This document shows, in pieces, positions 26,586-36,286 of a stretch of 64,000 bases of DNA; within the stretch, counting starts at the first letter, position 1, and each line of letters begins with the position of its first letter. The notes beneath the pieces were generated by a model. That model was not told the DNA's origin, searched no databases, and saw only the letters and a program-made list of their open reading frames with translations. This DNA is from Minisyncoccia bacterium (GTDB lineage Bacteria; Patescibacteriota; Minisyncoccia; Phycocordibacterales; UBA918). The DNA lies in contig JBGSPE010000005.1 of the NCBI GenBank assembly GCA_041738755.1, positions 3,522 through 67,521 on the forward strand, in the 5' to 3' direction. The position numbers and the translations under genes were made by a program.

Positions 26586-27131
26586 ATGATTGATCCATAT
26601 TCCCCTGCAACTACGGGATACCACTTATTTTTTGAACCAAGTGGTCAAACAAAGCAGGTGTATGATTCTTTGATAGCTACGCTCGCAAAGACATATCAGG
26701 GTCCAGTGTTTGATTCTCATATCACCCTCCTGGCTCGAATTGAAGAAGTCACTGACGATGAGGTGATAGAAATTGCTCGCCAGCTTAGCTTTAGCTTGGC
26801 GGCTTTTTCAACTACCGTAGAAGCCATTGAAGGTGAGGCAGCGTACTTTAGAGCCCTTTACTATCGAGTTACACCTGAAATAATTATGGCGTACCACAAG
26901 CTAGCAGCTTCCGCCTTTTCTATGGTACCGAGCGAAGCGTTTAAACCGCATCTCAGTTTGTACTACGGCTTACGTGAGGAGAGGGAACGAAACGTTATGA
27001 TTACTACCTTGCCAGAGTACGTCGGTGAAACCATCGCAATCGATTCGGTAAGTGTCTATCGAACGCCAGGAATTGTAGCGACCTGGGAAAAGGTAGCTGA
27101 GTTTCCTTTGCGTGGTGTTTCTGTGAAATAG
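26586..27131 (+). CDS. 2H phosphoesterase superfamily protein (LigT / 2'-5' RNA ligase-like)
   Basis: Two H-x-T/S-x motifs (DSHITLLARI and KPHLSLYYG) at the spacing expected for the 2H fold. Confidence 0.7.
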   Translation: MIDPYSPATTGYHLFFEPSGQTKQVYDSLIATLAKTYQGPVFDSHITLLARIEEVTDDEVIEIARQLSFSLAAFSTTVEAIEGEAAYFRALYYRVTPEIIMAYHKLAASAFSMVPSEAFKPHLSLYYGLREERERNVMITTLPEYVGETIAIDSVSVYRTPGIVATWEKVAEFPLRGVSVK

Positions 27132-27160
27132 TTTTTTAGCCTGACCGTACTAGCCATAAT

Positions 27161-28246
27161 ATGAAATACAGTATCGGGGCGCTTATCTTGGTTTTGGTTG
27201 GTGTGGGAGTTCTGGTCTTCTGGTGGGGAAGTGAAATGGAATCAGGAGAAATAGTTGGACAGTCATACAGTGAAGTTGAGGTTGGGTTTGAAGCTGACCC
27301 AGAAGTACCGATGACTGAATATGTAGTTGGAAGAGGAAGAGGCTATACCTTAGAAGAGTTGCGCACCTGGACGAGACCTGATGGTCCGGTACGGGTTGGT
27401 TTGCAAGTTGGTCATCTTGATAATACGAGTATGCCTGAGGAATTGCGCGGACTTGAAGGAAACACCGGAGCGGTCGTCGGCTCATTATTAGAGCGAGATG
27501 TGGTGCAGGTGATTACCGAACTGACGGCAGAGCAACTGAGAGCCAAAGGAATTGTGGTGGATATTCTTCCGGCCACTGTGCCACCGGGGTATGTCGCTGA
27601 TGCGTTTGTATCAATTCACGCCGATGGAAATAGTAATACTTCAATCCGAGGATTTAAAATGGCTGGTCCAAGACGTGATTATTCAGGACAATCAGCAGCG
27701 TTGGTAGATGCATTATATGAGGCGTACGGACCAGCTACTGGTTTACCGATTGATCCAAGTATTTCAAGACGGATGACGGCCTATTATGCATTTAATTGGC
27801 CCCGATATGAATATGCCATTCATCCCCTGACGCCAGCAGTGATTGTTGAAACTGGTTTTTTGACTAGTCCATCAGACCGCGAATTGATTGTGAACGCTCC
27901 CGAGCGTGCTGCGGACGGAATCGCTAATGGTATTGAGATATTTCTAAATCGTGAAAAGCCACCACGTGCTATTCCACCTTTAGCTGAACCACCAACCTTC
28001 CCGGTGGTGGGAGAGATTGTGTGTGCTCCGGTGCGCGCTGATAGGCGTAATCGTGATGATGGAGCCTGTGCTCCAGCGGTGAAACAAAATGATAGTTATT
28101 ATTTATTACCTGAATTTGCCTCAAGTAGCGACAGTGTCGTGGGACAAACATTGACCCTGACAGGGACCTGTGTTCCTGTCCAAACGCTCGATAATTATTT
28201 TTGGTTTCAGTATGAAGTAGCAGGAATTATTGCTCCTACTGAGTAA
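27161..28246 (+). CDS. N-acetylmuramoyl-L-alanine amidase (Amidase_3 family), membrane anchored
   Basis: Amidase_3 zinc ligands (VGHLDN..., SIHADGN, VIVETGFLTS). N-terminal TM helix. Confidence 0.8.
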   Translation: MKYSIGALILVLVGVGVLVFWWGSEMESGEIVGQSYSEVEVGFEADPEVPMTEYVVGRGRGYTLEELRTWTRPDGPVRVGLQVGHLDNTSMPEELRGLEGNTGAVVGSLLERDVVQVITELTAEQLRAKGIVVDILPATVPPGYVADAFVSIHADGNSNTSIRGFKMAGPRRDYSGQSAALVDALYEAYGPATGLPIDPSISRRMTAYYAFNWPRYEYAIHPLTPAVIVETGFLTSPSDRELIVNAPERAADGIANGIEIFLNREKPPRAIPPLAEPPTFPVVGEIVCAPVRADRRNRDDGACAPAVKQNDSYYLLPEFASSSDSVVGQTLTLTGTCVPVQTLDNYFWFQYEVAGIIAPTE

Positions 28247-29018
28247 GCTGCGCAGCAACTCGAAGTACTGTTCCTATGCTACACTGCAGATAATGAAATT
28301 TCTTCTAGGCAGTATCGTTCTTTTTGCACTAGCATATCTGTATTATTGGCACCCAGTCCGTCAGGCCGTCAAAATAAGCCTTGAGATTATTGCTACTACG
28401 GTTCCTTATGAACAGAGACCAGAGAATCCAACTCGGAAGATTTTAATTGCTGGTGATAGCACTGCGTATGGGACAGGGGCGAAAAACTCAAAAGATTCAA
28501 TCGCTGGTCGAATTGGTGCAAAATATCCCGATGCTCGTATCACCAATGTCTCTGTTAATGGTCTTCGATTGGAAGGGCTTAATGAGCTCCTTGAAAAACA
28601 ATCAGGAGAGACGTACGACCTCATTCTTTTTCAGATTGGTGCTAATGATGTGACGGGTTTTACCAAAAGAACGGACGTCAGACGTGAGCTAGAAAAGGCA
28701 GTGGCATTTGCAGAAGCAAGAGCCTCGGTCGTAATCCTGGTGACGGCGGGCAATGTAGGATTAGCTCCGATATTTAAACCACCAGCAACACAATTGTTGA
28801 GTTGGCGTACGAGGGTAGTGCGTGAGATATTTATGGAAGTAGCTGCTCTGCGACCGGCAGTTACCTATGTCGACCTTTATGTCACTAAAGAGAATGACGT
28901 GTTTGGCACTGATATTGAAAAGTATTATGCCGCTGACCGATTTCACCCGAGCGGAGCTGGGTACGGCGTGTGGTTTACCGACATCGAAACGGTGCTAGAG
29001 GCTCAACTTGGAGAGTGA
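28230..29018 (+). CDS. SGNH/GDSL hydrolase family protein
   Basis: Block I GDS (ILIAGDSTAYGTG), block III (GANDV) and a C-terminal DxxH-like region (DRFHPS). Confidence 0.8.
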   Translation: MLLLSKLRSNSKYCSYATLQIMKFLLGSIVLFALAYLYYWHPVRQAVKISLEIIATTVPYEQRPENPTRKILIAGDSTAYGTGAKNSKDSIAGRIGAKYPDARITNVSVNGLRLEGLNELLEKQSGETYDLILFQIGANDVTGFTKRTDVRRELEKAVAFAEARASVVILVTAGNVGLAPIFKPPATQLLSWRTRVVREIFMEVAALRPAVTYVDLYVTKENDVFGTDIEKYYAADRFHPSGAGYGVWFTDIETVLEAQLGE

Positions 29019-29051
29019 GAAAAATTTTAGCAGTGGTATACTAGTTTTATT

Positions 29052-30092
29052 ATGGAAAATGTACAAACGGTAAGTGGGAAAGTTGTCGCTGCTGTACTAG
29101 GGGTTTTAGTGCTGTTAGTTGCTTCAGCAATCGGTGCTTTTTATTATTGGCAGCAAAGTAATAGTGGTGAAAGTCAGGGTATTACAACCGACTCTACACT
29201 GACCGGTAGCGTTGTATATCGAGAGCGGGTACCACTCCCGGCAGGGAGCTCACTTGTAGTGCAGTTGCTTGATGTTACTGATAGTGGAGCTGAACCGGTT
29301 CTAGTAGCTGAACAAACTATTATCACTCGTGGTGAAAACGTGCCAATTGCGTATGCCATTCCTTACAATCAAAGTCAGATTGTTCCCGAGCGTCTCTATG
29401 CGTTGGAAGCTAGTATTTTGGGTGAGGGAAATTTGTATTTTGCGACACCAGAGATTACGCCAGTGCTGACTGCCAATAATCCAACGGGGAATGTTGACCT
29501 GTTGTTGACGCAAAATGGTGTTGCTACCGTGACTAATGAAGACGGATCGGTTGGGGCACCAACTCTACCGGGTACAATGTGGAATTGGATACGAACCGAC
29601 AATGACCCCTTTGCCTCAAGTACCCAGATGGTTGCCCCGGCAGGTAATGAGTATGTGTTGACCTTCCGACAAGGTGGTACGTTCAATAGCACGACAGATT
29701 GTAACCGGATTGCGGGAAGTTATGCTCTTAATGGTGAGGTTGTCAGTCTTGGATCGGTGTCGATGACTGAGATGGCCTGTCCAGACTCACTTGATACGTT
29801 GTATGCAGCAGAGTTGGGGAGAGTAACGTCGTATGTTATTGATGGTGATGAATTGCGACTTATTCTGCAGCAAGATAGTGGGGTAATGATTTTTGAACGA
29901 CAAGCGGACGCTTCTCCAGAAGAGGTTCCACCAGCGCCAATAGAAGGGGATGAGGCAGTAGCTCCTGATGAGCCGGTCTTAAATGAAGATGATGCCGTGA
30001 TGTGTACGATGGATGCAATGGAGTGTCCAGACGGAAGTTTTGTTGGTCGAGTTCCACCAAGTTGTGTCTTTGCCGCTTGTCCGGGAGCATAA
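29052..30092 (+). CDS. Membrane-anchored YbaY-like plus META(HslJ-like) two-domain protein
   Basis: The N-terminal half reads LTGSVVYRERVPLPAGSSLVVQLLDVTD...IAYAIPYNQSQIVPERLYALEASI (YbaY-type). The C-terminal half reads DCNRIAGSYALNGEVVSLGSVSMTEMACPDS (META domain). There is an acidic Cys-containing tail. Confidence 0.6.
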   Translation: MENVQTVSGKVVAAVLGVLVLLVASAIGAFYYWQQSNSGESQGITTDSTLTGSVVYRERVPLPAGSSLVVQLLDVTDSGAEPVLVAEQTIITRGENVPIAYAIPYNQSQIVPERLYALEASILGEGNLYFATPEITPVLTANNPTGNVDLLLTQNGVATVTNEDGSVGAPTLPGTMWNWIRTDNDPFASSTQMVAPAGNEYVLTFRQGGTFNSTTDCNRIAGSYALNGEVVSLGSVSMTEMACPDSLDTLYAAELGRVTSYVIDGDELRLILQQDSGVMIFERQADASPEEVPPAPIEGDEAVAPDEPVLNEDDAVMCTMDAMECPDGSFVGRVPPSCVFAACPGA

Positions 30093-30137
30093 GACTGATT
30101 GTGACTCTTCATTATATAGTGTAAGCTTCATTTCTCT

Positions 30138-31619
30138 ATGAATCGAAGTGCCGGAATTATCACCTTCAATAATGTCTCCTACGAGCATGACGTCACCAAG
30201 CCAATCTTAAAGGAATCAAACTTTCCAATTAGACGAGGCGCAAAGCTAACGCTCATGGGTCAAAACGGAGCAGGGAAGAGTACCCTCTTTGGGCTCATTT
30301 CTGGTGCGTACGCTCCGGATGAAGGGGAGATTAATATCTTCCCCAAGACAAGTATAGCCGTCAGTCGACAGGTGATTCCGCGCGAGGAACTAACGCTCAC
30401 TGTTCGTGAATTTTTTGCGCAATGTTTTTCGGAGAAAGTGTATGACATTGACCCAAAGATTGATGAGGTGCTCGAAGTGGTAAATTTTGTTCAAAAAGAT
30501 AGCCCGCAAGCAGGAGCGCTCAAAGAACGGATTATTGGGAGTTTTTCTGGTGGTCAGCAAGCAAGATTACTATTAGCTTCAGCGCTCATTCAAAACCCGG
30601 ACGTGTTATTGCTTGATGAACCAACAAATAATTTGGATCAAGCGGGAATTGAGCACTTAACTGAGTTTCTTCGAGAGTATCGGAAGACCGTCATTGTAAT
30701 TTCCCACGATGCCGACTTTTTAAATGCCTTTACGCAAGGCGTTTTGTATCTCAATGTGCAAACTCGCACGATTGAACAGTACGATGGAAACTATTTTGAT
30801 GTGGTGAAGGAAATTGCCGCCCGAGTTGAAAAAGAACGTCGCAAAAACGCCCAACTACAAAAAGAAATTCAGGCTAATAAAGATAAGGCTAACTTCTTTG
30901 CGCAAAAAGGGGGTAATATGCGAATGGTCGCGAAACGGATGCGTGATAAAGTGGATGACTTTGAAGAGAATCTGGTTGATGTGCGTAAAGAAGATAAAAC
31001 GATTCGACCCTTTACCATACCTACTCATGATGATATTCCACTAGAAGTATTAAAACTGACCTCATTTAAGGTAATCAAGAACCATGTACCTAAAGAGGTT
31101 CCGTGCGATATTGTCTGGAAACGAGGACAACACATCCATTTAGTCGGCCCAAATGGTATTGGAAAGACCACCTTACTTGAATCATTGGCTTCTGGTCACG
31201 CTACCGGAGAGCAGGTAGCGGCTGGAGTCAAAATTGGCTACTACCGCCAGGATTTTTCTAACTTGAATTTTGACACGACAGTCTTTGAAACATTGATGGA
31301 TGTCATGGATAAGAAGATTGAAGAAGATATGCGCTCTATTGCAGCGGGGTTTTTACTAACGGGGGAAGTGATGAAAACAAAGGTAGGACTCCTCTCTGAG
31401 GGACAGAAAGGTTTGGTGGCGTTTGCACGATTGGTTCTCATGAAGCCAGGGCTCTTGATTCTTGACGAGCCAACCAACCATATCAACTTTCGACATATTC
31501 CCGTAATTGCAAAAGCCTTACATGATTATCAAGGTACGATGCTTTTAACATCACACGTTCCTGACTTTGTAGAACAGATTCGAATTGATGAAACATTAGA
31601 CTTAGCAAAGAAGCGCTAA
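30138..31619 (+). CDS. ABC-F family ATPase (tandem ABC domains, no TM domain)
   Basis: Two Walker A motifs (GQNGAGKST, GPNGIGKTT) and two ABC signatures (FSGGQQARL, LSEGQKGLV) with an inter-domain linker. Length is 493 aa. Confidence 0.9.
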   Translation: MNRSAGIITFNNVSYEHDVTKPILKESNFPIRRGAKLTLMGQNGAGKSTLFGLISGAYAPDEGEINIFPKTSIAVSRQVIPREELTLTVREFFAQCFSEKVYDIDPKIDEVLEVVNFVQKDSPQAGALKERIIGSFSGGQQARLLLASALIQNPDVLLLDEPTNNLDQAGIEHLTEFLREYRKTVIVISHDADFLNAFTQGVLYLNVQTRTIEQYDGNYFDVVKEIAARVEKERRKNAQLQKEIQANKDKANFFAQKGGNMRMVAKRMRDKVDDFEENLVDVRKEDKTIRPFTIPTHDDIPLEVLKLTSFKVIKNHVPKEVPCDIVWKRGQHIHLVGPNGIGKTTLLESLASGHATGEQVAAGVKIGYYRQDFSNLNFDTTVFETLMDVMDKKIEEDMRSIAAGFLLTGEVMKTKVGLLSEGQKGLVAFARLVLMKPGLLILDEPTNHINFRHIPVIAKALHDYQGTMLLTSHVPDFVEQIRIDETLDLAKKR

Positions 31620-31691
31620 GGGTGGAGAACTTAGCAAAATTGACCACCGGTCAGTGATATAGTGAGATTATCTAGCCAATGAGTACAACAG

Positions 31692-32108
31692 ATGAAAGCT
31701 TTTTGTAAAAAACTGTATTTTTATGTGGAATCGATGCCCGATCGATTTTACCCATTTGCTTCAGAAATCGAAGGAAAAATTGTTCGAGGGCGCGCTTCGT
31801 ACAGTAATGCTGTTGAGCGGGCGATGGAAAAGTATGGACCCAATAACCTTAGTTACTCCTTGATTTTCTATCGAGGAATTTTTCATGTGATTGGGGCAAT
31901 TGTATTTATTTCAGCTGCTGGTCTTATCTCGCTGGACCTGTTTGGGAATGAGGTGGCGTTATATGTTTTACTTGTTGCCGCTTCTGTTTCATTATTTGTA
32001 CAAGAATTTTACTGGCATCCACGCCGGTTTAATCAAACGAGACACAAGAGTTATATTGACTGGTTTGGCTGGGTTATCCCGATGGTGGCCTACGTGATGT
32101 TTTTTTAA
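31692..32108 (+). CDS. Hypothetical membrane protein
   Basis: Two or three TM helices. No motif. Confidence 0.4.
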   Translation: MKAFCKKLYFYVESMPDRFYPFASEIEGKIVRGRASYSNAVERAMEKYGPNNLSYSLIFYRGIFHVIGAIVFISAAGLISLDLFGNEVALYVLLVAASVSLFVQEFYWHPRRFNQTRHKSYIDWFGWVIPMVAYVMFF

Positions 32109-32197
32109 GGAGTAAAAACAACATTTTGTAATGATGTTATCGAAACGGTGAGGTTTTTTGTGTATAATAGAGACCGTAATTAATTTTTATTGTAGCT

Positions 32198-32959
32198 ATG
32201 AATGAAGTAACTAATAATCGATCAACCTTAATTAAGGATTTATCTATTCCAATTGCGATTGTCTTAGCTGGTGGTTTGATGGCAGCTGGATTTTATTTCA
32301 GTGGAAGTGGTGGGGCAGCTTCAACCGGAACAGCCAGTGCGCCGACTGTACCAGCTGCTCCGACCGCTCCAACGGTAGATGCTACTGCAACAGAAAAAAT
32401 TGACCCCATAACTGAAGCTGATTATGTAAAGGGTAATCGAAATGCACCAGTAAAAATTGTCGAGTACTCTGACTTTGAGTGTCCATTTTGTAAACGATTT
32501 CATGAAAGTATGAACCAATTTATCGCTGATGAAGGTGGTGATCAGGTTGCTTTGGTCTTTCGACAGTTCCCACTTGAACAACTACACCCGGTAAAGGCGA
32601 TGGCGGCGGCCATGGCGTCTGAATGTGTGGGTGATATTGGTGGCAATGATGCATTCTGGGCTTTCACCGATGCGTACTTTAGGGATACATTGACTAACAA
32701 CCGGACTGATACAGAAACCCTTATTCCGCAGCTTGTACAAGAAGTAGGTATAGACCAAACGGCATTTACAAGTTGCTTTGACGAGGGGAGATTCCAAGAA
32801 GATATTAATGCAGATATTGCTGACGCAATTGAAACTGGTGGCCGAGGCACACCATGGAGTATCATGGTTGGTCCTTCAGGCAAAACCTATCCTATCAACG
32901 GTGCACAACCACCGGAAGTCATCAAACAAATGATTGCAACAGCACTCGCTGAAGCGTAA
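32198..32959 (+). CDS. DsbA-family thiol:disulfide oxidoreductase, membrane anchored
   Basis: Thioredoxin-fold active site CPFC (EYSDFECPFCKRF) with a DsbA-like helical insert. N-terminal TM helix. Confidence 0.8.
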   Translation: MNEVTNNRSTLIKDLSIPIAIVLAGGLMAAGFYFSGSGGAASTGTASAPTVPAAPTAPTVDATATEKIDPITEADYVKGNRNAPVKIVEYSDFECPFCKRFHESMNQFIADEGGDQVALVFRQFPLEQLHPVKAMAAAMASECVGDIGGNDAFWAFTDAYFRDTLTNNRTDTETLIPQLVQEVGIDQTAFTSCFDEGRFQEDINADIADAIETGGRGTPWSIMVGPSGKTYPINGAQPPEVIKQMIATALAEA

Positions 32960-32978
32960 TTCATAAACGGTAAGTGCA

Positions 32979-33986
32979 TTAGCGCCCTTGACCGTAAAAA
33001 CTTTGTAGCTTTTTTACGTGCTCATCGTACGTAACCGAACAGTGATAACTTCCGTCAGTGTGATGGAAGTAAAAAATACAATCAGTCTGCCGTGGATTCA
33101 GGGCGGCTAGGATGGACTCAGCTGACGGATTGGCAATTGGCGTTGGTGGCAGACCAGGATTCGTGTACGTGTTATAGGGCGAGTTTAGGAACTTATCAGC
33201 TGGTACCACAATTGGCCACCAGCCACGACCTTGCTCTTCGCCTCGAACGTATTGCAACGTGGCATCAAGCTGTAGCGGCATATCAATAAAGAGTCGATTC
33301 CAAATAACTCCAGAAACTTCACGCATATTTTCAAAGTCACTGGCTTCTCGGTCGAGTAGTGACGCAATAATCAGGGCGTCTTCAAGCGGAACCTTCGACG
33401 CGACATCTTCGGTATACCGATTAATCACATCATCGGTAAAACGGATTGTGATTGCGAGGGCAATTTCTTCGGGTGTAGCATCCCGATGGGCCACATACTG
33501 GCCAGGATAAAATTTACCCTCGGATAGGGTCGGTTCACTGTCTTCGATAAGTGTTATGAAGCGTTCTTTGTCTGCGTCTGACCAACTCAAAATATCACCA
33601 ATATTTTCGGCGACCTCTTCTTTTCGTTCGCCTGGCCAGATAACGACAATACGACTGACGGGTGAGGCTAAGTTTTGATACCAATCTTCACCCACAAGTG
33701 AAGCTACCAATTTCTGCCACCAACTGTTACGGGGTGTAACTGATCCAGCTAGTGTTTCTACAAAATAGACATCAACCAGTTGGTTTTCAGTAATGGTTTG
33801 GTTCACGGGGTCAACACTGACGGGAAATGGTATTGCGTCAGCTTCAGCTTCGGTGGCATTAAACGAAATCTCAGCAAACACATACTGTTTTGATTGCAGC
33901 AAGACGACGATACCAGCCGTCGCTCCAATGAGGGATAGTAAGACAAGGGTAAAGCCAGCGCGGATGAATATTCGATGTAGCAACAT
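32979..33986 (-). CDS. mltG: Endolytic murein transglycosylase MltG (YceG family)
   Basis: N-terminal TM helix and a YceG-like domain with conserved catalytic-region motifs (LLDREASDFENMREVSGVIWNRL...LQLDATLQY). Confidence 0.85.
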   Translation of the reverse strand: MLLHRIFIRAGFTLVLLSLIGATAGIVVLLQSKQYVFAEISFNATEAEADAIPFPVSVDPVNQTITENQLVDVYFVETLAGSVTPRNSWWQKLVASLVGEDWYQNLASPVSRIVVIWPGERKEEVAENIGDILSWSDADKERFITLIEDSEPTLSEGKFYPGQYVAHRDATPEEIALAITIRFTDDVINRYTEDVASKVPLEDALIIASLLDREASDFENMREVSGVIWNRLFIDMPLQLDATLQYVRGEEQGRGWWPIVVPADKFLNSPYNTYTNPGLPPTPIANPSAESILAALNPRQTDCIFYFHHTDGSYHCSVTYDEHVKKLQSFYGQGR

Positions 33987-34064
33987 GGCACTATTATGTC
34001 ATATCATACCGGTAATTTTGAGAAAGGGTATATACTATAAGGGTATTAGTTGTAAAACCATACT

Positions 34065-34658
34065 ATGAAGTATTTTCTCGTAACGCTCTTGATTGTCATT
34101 ATATCTCTCGGACTTTGGATTGGCAGTGCGATTTTTGGTGACAATACCATTGAAGAAAAGAATGCCGAGCTCGAATCGATGGTTGCTTCTTCAACCGAGA
34201 ATCGACCACGAGTTCTTGAACCATTCACTGGCTATGGTACCTTAGCCAGCTTAAAGGATTATGCGGCCAGTATCGAATGCTCAATTACATATAAAGCCAG
34301 TCAGGTAGAGCCTCCGATTGAAGGGACGTATTTTATTCATGATGGAAATGTTCGAGGAGATTTTATTGTTCCAGCTCCCGAGCTTGGTGCCCAAGTAGTG
34401 ACATCAATTATTAGTGATGAAACGACGTTTTATGTGTGGACGGATATTGATGGCGAATCGTTCGGGACAAAGACCCCGATTGCCAATAGCGAGTCGCTAG
34501 CCGCTCAAGAGCCGGTACCAAGAGAAGCTAAAGTGCAATATGCCTGTAAAGCCTGGACTCAAATTGACGGCAGTATTTTTGAACCTCCTGCACAGGTAAT
34601 GTTCCAAAATCAAGCGACGATGCTCGAAGGCGGTATGGAGGACGGCACGATTGAATAG
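34065..34658 (+). CDS. Hypothetical secreted protein
   Basis: Signal or TM N-terminus. No motif. Confidence 0.45.
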   Translation: MKYFLVTLLIVIISLGLWIGSAIFGDNTIEEKNAELESMVASSTENRPRVLEPFTGYGTLASLKDYAASIECSITYKASQVEPPIEGTYFIHDGNVRGDFIVPAPELGAQVVTSIISDETTFYVWTDIDGESFGTKTPIANSESLAAQEPVPREAKVQYACKAWTQIDGSIFEPPAQVMFQNQATMLEGGMEDGTIE

Positions 34659-34661
34659 ATA

Positions 34662-35396
34662 TTAGTAATCACGTTCAGCGTACACAGAGATGGTTCGACG
34701 TTTCCCAGCGCCGCCTTTGGCAGTGTGACGGTGTGAGCGATAGATTTTGCGGATAATGAACTTTTCTTTGAGGAAACTCACCAGCTCATCTTCACTGTAG
34801 ACGTATTCAGCTACTCCCATAACGGGGTGAATGTAGCTACCCGGCTCAGGTCCAGGAAAGTCTTTGAGTAATCGAACCGTGTGTTGGTCTTCATCCTTAA
34901 GAAAGGTTTTCATAAAGAGAAACCCACCTGGCTTTACGACGCGGTATAGTTCGTCACGAAGTTTCGTCCGACCAGTCTTATCAAGAAAGTGTGATGTCAT
35001 CATATCGAGGACAAGTGATTGTGATTCGTCAGTGGCAGGTAAGGTATCGCCCGCGCTTCCAACTTTGTAGGTAATAGGAAGATTGACTGAGGCTCGTTTC
35101 GCTTGAGCGATGGCGGCCGATGAAATATCAACTCCGACGCCACGCATACCGAAGTTCTCTGCAAGATAGATAAGGTTCCGACCATTTCCACAACCAGCAT
35201 CGAGGGCTGACTGGCCAGGCTCAAGAATAAGTGTCAGCCCCTTCTGGCGTTCGTGCCATCTCGTAAACTTAGCTAAGTCCTCACTGTGATTGGCAGACAG
35301 TTTAAGGTGTTCAGGGTTCGTGTACTCACGGTCCCAAAAGGTAGCGCCGTGTACCTTGCGCTTCTTTTTTTTAGTGAAATTTGGTTTTACCGCCAT
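34662..35396 (-). CDS. Class I SAM-dependent methyltransferase
   Basis: Motif I LDAGCGNGRN and motif post-I VGVDIS. Confidence 0.8.
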   Translation of the reverse strand: MAVKPNFTKKKKRKVHGATFWDREYTNPEHLKLSANHSEDLAKFTRWHERQKGLTLILEPGQSALDAGCGNGRNLIYLAENFGMRGVGVDISSAAIAQAKRASVNLPITYKVGSAGDTLPATDESQSLVLDMMTSHFLDKTGRTKLRDELYRVVKPGGFLFMKTFLKDEDQHTVRLLKDFPGPEPGSYIHPVMGVAEYVYSEDELVSFLKEKFIIRKIYRSHRHTAKGGAGKRRTISVYAERDY

Positions 35397-35460
35397 AGAT
35401 ACCTATGAGGCTACGGTATTACCTGGCTTTTGTCCAATCTGTTTTGATAGAGAGTGCAAT

Positions 35461-36162
35461 ATGGTAAACTATTGCGGTATGAAAAATCCATGGATAATTG
35501 TAGGGGTAATCACTGTTGTATTGTTTGGCGGAGCTATCTGGTATTCCGGAGTAAGTGCTGAACGAAATAATGAGGGAGTGACGGTCACTGAACACATTAA
35601 GGGCAATCCAGACGCCAGTGTTGTGCTGGTCGAGTATAGCGACTTTCAGTGTCCAGCCTGTGCAGCATTTCAACCAGCCATTGAAGAAGTGCTGTCTCTC
35701 TACGGTGACCAGCTCCGTTTTGAGTACAAACACTTTCCACTACCAATTCACCCTTCAGCTATTCCCGCCGGTGTAGCAGCCGAAGCAGCCGGTCAGCAAG
35801 GGAAGTTTTTTGAGTACCATGATGTCTTGTTTGCTAATCAACCCACCTGGTCACAATCAGTTGCACCGCAAGCGTTATTTATTCAGTATGCACAAGAGTT
35901 AGGGCTAGATATGGATAGGTTCCGTCGTCACATCAATTCAACTATTTTACGAGACGAAGTCCGTAATGGAATGAACGAGGGTCGTGAATTAGGTATTACC
36001 GGAACCCCAACCTTCTTTTTGAACGGGGAACGAATGGAGATAGTCACTTACGAAGACTTTATCAACCAAATTGCTACCGCAATCAATCCAACCAGTGGTG
36101 CAAGTACTACCGTAGGAGCACCTGAAGCTGCACTTGAGACCGATATCCGCTTTGGACTATAG
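35461..36162 (+). CDS. DsbA/BdbD-like thiol:disulfide oxidoreductase (second paralog), membrane anchored
   Basis: Active site CPAC (EYSDFQCPACAAF) and a C-terminal GTPTFFLNG cis-Pro loop. The start is taken at the first ATG beyond the divergent methyltransferase gene. The ORF track's 35290 start overlaps that gene. Confidence 0.75.
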   Translation: MVNYCGMKNPWIIVGVITVVLFGGAIWYSGVSAERNNEGVTVTEHIKGNPDASVVLVEYSDFQCPACAAFQPAIEEVLSLYGDQLRFEYKHFPLPIHPSAIPAGVAAEAAGQQGKFFEYHDVLFANQPTWSQSVAPQALFIQYAQELGLDMDRFRRHINSTILRDEVRNGMNEGRELGITGTPTFFLNGERMEIVTYEDFINQIATAINPTSGASTTVGAPEAALETDIRFGL

Positions 36163-36286
36163 AACGGAACTAATCAACCAAAAACCGACGTAAGGCTGGT
36201 TTTTGGTTGATTTTAGTGTATGCTTCTACGATTCTTTTAGGGTGGCCAACGAGAGCCTGTAATCTCGGTCGTTATTCCTTACACCC

